Source: an uncultured virus (IMG/VR IMGVR_UViG_2846613599_000004) (taxonomy: Duplodnaviria; Heunggongvirae; Uroviricota; Caudoviricetes). From it: DNA of 20,000 bases. The translations under genes and the position numbers were made by a program. This document shows, in pieces, positions 15,212-20,000 of this stretch; position 1 is the stretch's first letter; each line of letters opens with the position of its first letter. The notes beneath the pieces were generated by a model. That model did no database searches, was not told where the DNA came from, and saw only the letters and a list, made by a program, of their open reading frames with translations. The stretch lies in IMG/VR virus record IMGVR_UViG_2846613599_000004. The stretch is one strand, 5' to 3'.

Positions 15212-16003
15212 ATGACTGCTTACTATAACGAAATCGAACCGTTCGCTGCTCAGTGGTTACGGAATCTCATTGCTGCCGGTCATATAGCGCCGGGTGTAGT
15301 GGACGAAAGGAGTATTGAAGATGTCACACCAGATGACTTACGCGGATTCACACAATGCCACTTCTTCGCCGGTATCGGAGTGTGGTCACTCGCCCTACGC
15401 CGTGCAGGATGGCCGGATGATAAACCAGTCTGGACAGGAAGCTGTCCGTGTCAGCCTTTCAGCGCGGCAGGCAAAGGAAATGGGTTTGCTGACGAGCGGC
15501 ACCTTTGGCCTGCATTCTTCCACCTCATCAGCGAGTGCAAGCCTGGCGTTATCTTTGGTGAACAGGTTGCAAGCAAAGACGGCCTCGGATGGCTCGATCT
15601 TGTACAAACTGACCTGGAAGCAAAGGACTACTCCACAGCAGCGGTCGATTTATGCGCTGCGGGCTTCGGTGCGTCGCATATCAGACAGCGATTGTTCTGG
15701 GTGGCCGACGCCGACAACCAGAGGCGGAAAAGACTGCGGAGATGTGAGTCAGTCATTCTTCCGGAAAGACGGGAGGATGCGGAACGACACGCTGTACCGC
15801 CAGTTGTGGCTACACATGTTTGGTATGGATGGCAGGCCGTCACGGGAGCAGATAAAAACTCTCGAATGCTTCCACCTGACTTTGGCGAGAGAACTGATGA
15901 TGCTGCCGGTCGAGTGGGAAAACTCCGCGCCTACGGAAATGCCATCGTCGCGCCGGTCGCGGAAGAATTCATAAGGGCTTATATGCTGATAACAGAGGAA
16001 TGA
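15212..16003 (+). CDS. DNA (cytosine-5) methyltransferase, main chain
   Basis: FFAGIG (motif I), GSCPCQPFS (IV), GEQV (VI), HIRQRLF (VIII) and LRAYGNAI (X); no motif IX is evident in this frame. Confidence 0.9.
   Translation: MTAYYNEIEPFAAQWLRNLIAAGHIAPGVVDERSIEDVTPDDLRGFTQCHFFAGIGVWSLALRRAGWPDDKPVWTGSCPCQPFSAAGKGNGFADERHLWPAFFHLISECKPGVIFGEQVASKDGLGWLDLVQTDLEAKDYSTAAVDLCAAGFGASHIRQRLFWVADADNQRRKRLRRCESVILPERREDAERHAVPPVVATHVWYGWQAVTGADKNSRMLPPDFGERTDDAAGRVGKLRAYGNAIVAPVAEEFIRAYMLITEE
15315..15974 (+). CDS. Nested +1-frame ORF, putative second methyltransferase subunit (true start uncertain, possibly 15480 or 15486)
   Basis: Stop-free for 219 codons inside the MTase gene; contains WPTP..R..KD and ARELMMLPVEW (motif IX-like). 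Confidence 0.55.
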   Translation: MKMSHQMTYADSHNATSSPVSECGHSPYAVQDGRMINQSGQEAVRVSLSARQAKEMGLLTSGTFGLHSSTSSASASLALSLVNRLQAKTASDGSILYKLTWKQRTTPQQRSIYALRASVRRISDSDCSGWPTPTTRGGKDCGDVSQSFFRKDGRMRNDTLYRQLWLHMFGMDGRPSREQIKTLECFHLTLARELMMLPVEWENSAPTEMPSSRRSRKNS

Positions 16004-16278
16004 ATATGTCGCGACCAATCGACTTAATAGCAGATATCACGGATGAATATATCGCTAAGCATTTTGAAGGGACGAACTACGGGCACACCAACTATCGTGA
16101 CATCGTTGGCAAAGGATGCCTGAATGCTATGGCCGGATATCACAACGGATATACCACGCAGTGCATATTGATAAAAATGGGGCTGACCACGGAGAAGTTG
16201 CGGCTGACGAAGCGCGGTCGTGAATTTCTGTTCTGGCACTTTAACTATCAGCCGGTTAATGGGAGGAAGATTGATTAG
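16000..16278 (+). CDS. Hypothetical phage protein
   Basis: ATGA overlap with the MTase; LTKRGREFL suggests a winged-helix-like end. Confidence 0.7.
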   Translation: MNMSRPIDLIADITDEYIAKHFEGTNYGHTNYRDIVGKGCLNAMAGYHNGYTTQCILIKMGLTTEKLRLTKRGREFLFWHFNYQPVNGRKID

Positions 16279-16361
16279 CCAGATACCACAATAGTGACGC
16301 ACACGGATGTGTTTAGTCACTTATGTGGGTACAATACACCGTCTTTTTATAAGGGGGGGTT

Positions 16362-16979
16362 ATGTCTGATTTTTTAACAGTAGTCAAAGATAATGCGTTG
16401 GCAATAACCACATTGGTTGGCGTATTTACCATTATGGGCGCTAGTATTGGTTTCTGGCTTAATTTTCGCCTTTCAAGAAAAAAACTAGAATCAGATAAAA
16501 AAGCCCTGCGCCAACAAATGATAACAAACAATATAGCTCCAATGAGGCAGGCATGGATTAATGATGTTAGGGAGCGAGCATCAAACTTCATTCATCAATC
16601 GAAAGTATTACGAATGATACTATTCTCAGCCATTTCTGATACGTTAAATCTCACCCAAGAACAAAAAAAAGAAAGAGAAAATAATGCCAGTATAATCTAT
16701 TACCAACTAAATGAATCCGCTCAATATCTAGACCTAATACTACCATACTCCATTGATGGTGACAGAAGTGAGACTGAAGCCGATAATTTAAGAAAAAACA
16801 TCATGGATATTATTGATATTTTTGATTCTATATTTATAAAAATTGACTCTAGAAATACAGGCGGCATAGATGATCATTTAAATAAAATACTTTCAACAAC
16901 TGAACTCGCTAGTAAAAATACTAAATCTGTTCTTCTAAAGGAATGGAGAGAGACAAAATCACTGAAAGAAATTGAATGA
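16362..16979 (+). CDS. AT-rich accessory membrane-anchored protein (moron)
   Basis: N-terminal hydrophobic helix ALAITTLVGVFTIMGASIGFWL, then RQAWINDVR and a helical body; has its own terminator. Confidence 0.75.
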   Translation: MSDFLTVVKDNALAITTLVGVFTIMGASIGFWLNFRLSRKKLESDKKALRQQMITNNIAPMRQAWINDVRERASNFIHQSKVLRMILFSAISDTLNLTQEQKKERENNASIIYYQLNESAQYLDLILPYSIDGDRSETEADNLRKNIMDIIDIFDSIFIKIDSRNTGGIDDHLNKILSTTELASKNTKSVLLKEWRETKSLKEIE

Positions 16980-16982
16980 ACC

Positions 16983-17007
16983 AAACCCTGCATTAGCAGG
17001 GTTTTTT
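16983..17007 (+). terminator. Intrinsic terminator
   Basis: AAACCCTGC-ATTA-GCAGGGTTT followed by more T. Confidence 0.85.
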
Positions 17008-17030
17008 ATACCTAAAATTCAGAGTTAACC

Positions 17031-17164
17031 ATGACAATCGGATTTGTATTACTGCTGTGCCTGTTACCGATGATATTTATACGCTCGAAGAATGTGAGAG
17101 CCACGCAGTGCAAATGAAGACTGTGCGGAATGTTGAATTAGTGTGTGCGGAGGTGGTGAGATGA
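17031..17164 (+). pseudogene. Probably frameshifted small gene
   Basis: MTIGFVLLL start frame stops early, while another frame (AVPVTDDIYTLEECESHAVQMKTVRNVELVCAEVVR*) runs to an ATGA overlap with the next gene but lacks its own upstream start. Confidence 0.4.
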
Positions 17165-17334
17165 AATTTAAGGTGGGCGATAAAGTTTATATTGAGTTAT
17201 GGGATGTTAATGGAACTATTTGCGCCATTGATGATAAGGATGTTGCATTGCCTTATTCCGTTGAAGATGAATACGGTGTGACATCATGGTGGCTTGAGGA
17301 TGAACTGGAGTTAATCGATGAACAAATATCGTGA
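17161..17334 (+). CDS. Small SH3/KOW-like beta protein
   Basis: MKFKVGDKV...GTI...YSV...W..EDELEL; GGAGG RBS. Confidence 0.65.
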   Translation: MKFKVGDKVYIELWDVNGTICAIDDKDVALPYSVEDEYGVTSWWLEDELELIDEQIS

Positions 17335-17662
17335 CAAATCAGACTTTGAGATTAATTGCCAAGTTCTGGCAACGTTTGAACCAGATATCGAACACATGTG
17401 CTTAAGCCATGATAAAAAGTCATTTTATCATTGTGGCTTTGATGGCAATGGATTCTATGAAACCACCATCCCAGACTATTGCAACAACCCGGCGGACGCA
17501 ATGCCTATTTTTATTGATAATAAAATGGGAGTTATATTTTTAGGTGACTTAGTTCAGATTAGTGACTTCTCTGGTGGTACTGTTAATTTTGGCAAAAATT
17601 TTTATCGCACAATAGCTGAATTATTCCTGATGATGAAGGATGCGGAGAATGAAAAAAGTTGA
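17318..17662 (+). CDS. NinX family protein (DUF2591)
   Basis: Y..KSDFEIN..V and DYCNNPADAMPI motifs. Confidence 0.8.
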   Translation: MNKYRDKSDFEINCQVLATFEPDIEHMCLSHDKKSFYHCGFDGNGFYETTIPDYCNNPADAMPIFIDNKMGVIFLGDLVQISDFSGGTVNFGKNFYRTIAELFLMMKDAENEKS

Positions 17663-17873
17663 AGCAGTAACGACCTTGGTTTTAATTAATGGCGAAACAT
17701 ATCAAATAGCACTACCGAAAAACATAGTCGCGCTTCAGGCAAAACAAGCATTAGCAATGGCTCAGGAATTTGGCGGGATAATAGTTCCTTGTAATTTCGC
17801 CAGCATCAAGCCAATGAAGGCAGATGGAATACCGTTCAATATAAATGACAGCAGGGGTAAGAATGAAAACTGA
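17649..17873 (+). CDS. Hypothetical protein
   Basis: Tiles between NinX and the adenine methyltransferase. Confidence 0.6.
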   Translation: MKKVEAVTTLVLINGETYQIALPKNIVALQAKQALAMAQEFGGIIVPCNFASIKPMKADGIPFNINDSRGKNEN

Positions 17874-18402
17874 CTACGGCGGGAGCACAACACCAAAGGA
17901 ATTGCGTGACTTGTGGCAAACTCCCCTACCGTTATTCTCAGCACTGGACGCTGAATTCGGTTTTTACCTTGATGCCGCCGCCGATAAAAATAATACCCTC
18001 TGCTCTCATTACCTCACCGAAAAAGACAACGCATTAAACTCCGCCTGGCAAAGCTACGGTTCTATATGGTGCAACCCGCCGTATAGCGACATACAGCCGT
18101 GGGCACGCAAGGCAGCAGAACAATGCAGGGTGCAATTGCAGCCGGTCGTGATGCTTGTTCCAGCGGATACTTCGGTGGGCTGGTTTAAATCTTCGCTGGA
18201 TACCGTTGATGAGGTCAGATTCATTACCGGCGGCCGGATATCGTTTATTAACGCCGGTACAAACAAACCGGTGAACGGAAACAATAAGGGTTCGATGTTT
18301 TTAATCTGGCGCCCGTTCACCCAGCCCCGACGGATAATTACCACAGTTAACCGTGATGACCTGATGGATATCGGCAACCGGTTACTGGAATCTCAAATCT
18401 GA
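17863..18402 (+). CDS. Phage N6-adenine DNA methyltransferase (Dam family)
   Basis: DLWQTP, F.LDAAA, WCNPPYS, VMLVPADTSVGWF and GRISF motifs. Confidence 0.92.
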   Translation: MKTDYGGSTTPKELRDLWQTPLPLFSALDAEFGFYLDAAADKNNTLCSHYLTEKDNALNSAWQSYGSIWCNPPYSDIQPWARKAAEQCRVQLQPVVMLVPADTSVGWFKSSLDTVDEVRFITGGRISFINAGTNKPVNGNNKGSMFLIWRPFTQPRRIITTVNRDDLMDIGNRLLESQI

Positions 18403-18410
18403 GGTGACCA

Positions 18411-18623
18411 ATGACACCACAGGAAGCAGAGAACGGACGCAGACGAATAGCAAGGGAATGCCTGAAGGAATTAATGCAGTACACATCAGACGAACAACAC
18501 ACCGCAATACTCGACAAATACACACCGAAATTTAAACCACTTAATCACCTGCGCTTTCCGGCAAAGAGAGTGCTCGGGTATTACGTGCGTACGTTACAAA
18601 AGGAGATGAGGGATGGATCTTAA
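18411..18623 (+). CDS. Hypothetical phage protein
   Basis: GAGG RBS; overlaps the xis start. Confidence 0.65.
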   Translation: MTPQEAENGRRRIARECLKELMQYTSDEQHTAILDKYTPKFKPLNHLRFPAKRVLGYYVRTLQKEMRDGS

Positions 18624-18972
18624 TGATGAGGTCTTTGATGTAAGGAAGGCCGCAGAGTTCCTCTGTAAATCACAGAGAAAGGTATACGAGCTGCTAAACA
18701 GCGGAAGGATTCGCGCCGCGAAAAGTAACGGTAAAAACGGAAGCTGGGAAATCCTGAAGTCATCTTGTCTTGAATATGTTCATAACAATCATCAGAATTG
18801 CAGAGCGAGTGATGATGATGCTGATAAATCGAAGGAGAGATTTAATCAATGTCAATCAAATTACGGTATGGCGTGTGGCACTGTGATTTCGTTTCCCCGA
18901 GTGGTAAGCGAATTAGACGAAGTCTTGAAACATCGGACAAAAGGCAAGCGCAGGAGCTGCATGACCAATTAA
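18613..18972 (+). CDS. xis: Excisionase (HTH_17/MerR-like)
   Basis: [30 protein letters not shown]...WEI; overlaps the int 5' end as in P22. Confidence 0.8.
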   Translation: MDLNDEVFDVRKAAEFLCKSQRKVYELLNSGRIRAAKSNGKNGSWEILKSSCLEYVHNNHQNCRASDDDADKSKERFNQCQSNYGMACGTVISFPRVVSELDEVLKHRTKGKRRSCMTN

Positions 18973-20000
18973 AGGCCGAGGCGTGGCGTGTCGAAAAGAT
19001 GGGAGACTACCCTTCTGTAACCTTTGATGATGCATGCCTCCGGTGGCTTCAGGAAAAGGAACATAAAAAATCTCTGGATGATGACAAAACCAAAATTGAA
19101 TATTTTCTTCAGTTCTTTTCCGGGAAATTATTGTCATCAATAACAGAGACAGACATCTTAAAAGCAACGTCAGGGATGATAAACAGGAAGCATAAGGAGG
19201 TGTGGGAAATAAAGGCGGCGTCAGCAAAGAAGAAAGGTGCCAAAATTGCGCCATACAAGCCAAAACCGGCAACTCAGGCTACAAAGGACAGGTATCTTGC
19301 CTTTTTGCGTTCTCTTTTCAGAGCGGCCGTTAATGACTGGAAGTGGATCGGAAAATCCCCAACAATCAAGGTCAGACAAAAAAAGGAAATACGGGTCAGG
19401 TGGCTGACAAAAGAGGAAGCAACAACCCTGATACAGTGTATGCCTGATGTAATGAAGCCTGTCGTTATGTTTGCGCTCGCAACCGGATTGCGCAGGTCTA
19501 ACATACTTAATCTCGAATGGACGCAAATAGACCTGCAACGGAAAGTTGCCTGGATTCATCCGGAAGATACGAAAGGCGGCAAGGCAATAGGTGTGGCTCT
19601 CAATGAAACAGCTTGCCGGGTGCTCAGGATGCAGATTGGAAAGCACCAGCAATACGTGTTTGTGCACACCGAGGCGTGGCACAGAGCAGACGGCTCACCA
19701 ACCGCAAAAGTAAGGAAGATGAGAGTCGACGATAACACGGCATGGAGCACCGGACTCCGGCGCGCTGGAATAACAAACTTCCGCTTCCATGACCTTCGGC
19801 ACACATGGGCGAGCTGGCTTGTTCAGGCCGGGGTTCCACTGACTGCACTACAGGAAATGGGGGGATGGGAATCGATAGAAATGGTTCAGAGGTATGCGCA
19901 TTTAGCCCCGAATCATCTTGTTGAACACGCGCGGAGAATTGATGAGGCCATGGGGATTAATGGCACGAATATGGCACGCGCACTAATAAAAGCGGTCTAA
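18849..20000 (+). CDS. int: Tyrosine integrase (P22-like)
   Basis: TGLRRSN (R), TKGG (K), [11 protein letters not shown] (HxxR), MGGW and RYAHL (Y); stop codon at the window end. Confidence 0.96.
   Translation: MSIKLRYGVWHCDFVSPSGKRIRRSLETSDKRQAQELHDQLKAEAWRVEKMGDYPSVTFDDACLRWLQEKEHKKSLDDDKTKIEYFLQFFSGKLLSSITETDILKATSGMINRKHKEVWEIKAASAKKKGAKIAPYKPKPATQATKDRYLAFLRSLFRAAVNDWKWIGKSPTIKVRQKKEIRVRWLTKEEATTLIQCMPDVMKPVVMFALATGLRRSNILNLEWTQIDLQRKVAWIHPEDTKGGKAIGVALNETACRVLRMQIGKHQQYVFVHTEAWHRADGSPTAKVRKMRVDDNTAWSTGLRRAGITNFRFHDLRHTWASWLVQAGVPLTALQEMGGWESIEMVQRYAHLAPNHLVEHARRIDEAMGINGTNMARALIKAV

Larger units (their letters stand above)
1..20000. mobile_element. Lambdoid prophage, int to Q early region
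   Basis: Canonical order int-xis-recombination-pL-cI-cro-cII-O-P-nin-Q. Confidence 0.97.

Noticed and set aside
18849..18972. 124-nt xis/int overlap
   Set aside because: This is a known arrangement in P22-like integration modules.
19980..20000. attachment site
   Set aside because: The window ends at the int stop codon; att would lie outside it.

Overview
The window is the complete early half of a lambdoid prophage or phage of an enterobacterium. A Morganellaceae-like host is only an impression and cannot be established here. The minus strand, read from pR, carries cro, cII, O (with iteron origin), P, a nin region (DUF551, DUF1367, NinI phosphatase, NinF, NinG, NinH), a Q-like late regulator and the start of the late leader. 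The plus strand carries cI, a three-gene accessory cassette, and the pL operon (kil-like, gam-like, RecT, lambda-type exonuclease, C5 and N6A methyltransferases, NinX, xis, int). Main highlights: (1) in the rexAB position after cI there is a HicA toxin, a HicB antitoxin with an extra C-terminal tail, and a SecB-like protein, which together form a candidate toxin-antitoxin-chaperone (TAC) anti-phage module; (2) there is no recognisable N gene, but two covarying HK022 put-like RNA antiterminators sit after pL and after cro; (3) the C5 methyltransferase appears split, with a motif-IX-like segment in a nested +1 frame; (4) several unannotated structured-RNA candidates and small ORFs are missing from the ORF track. 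All family assignments come from motif recognition and synteny, not from database searches.
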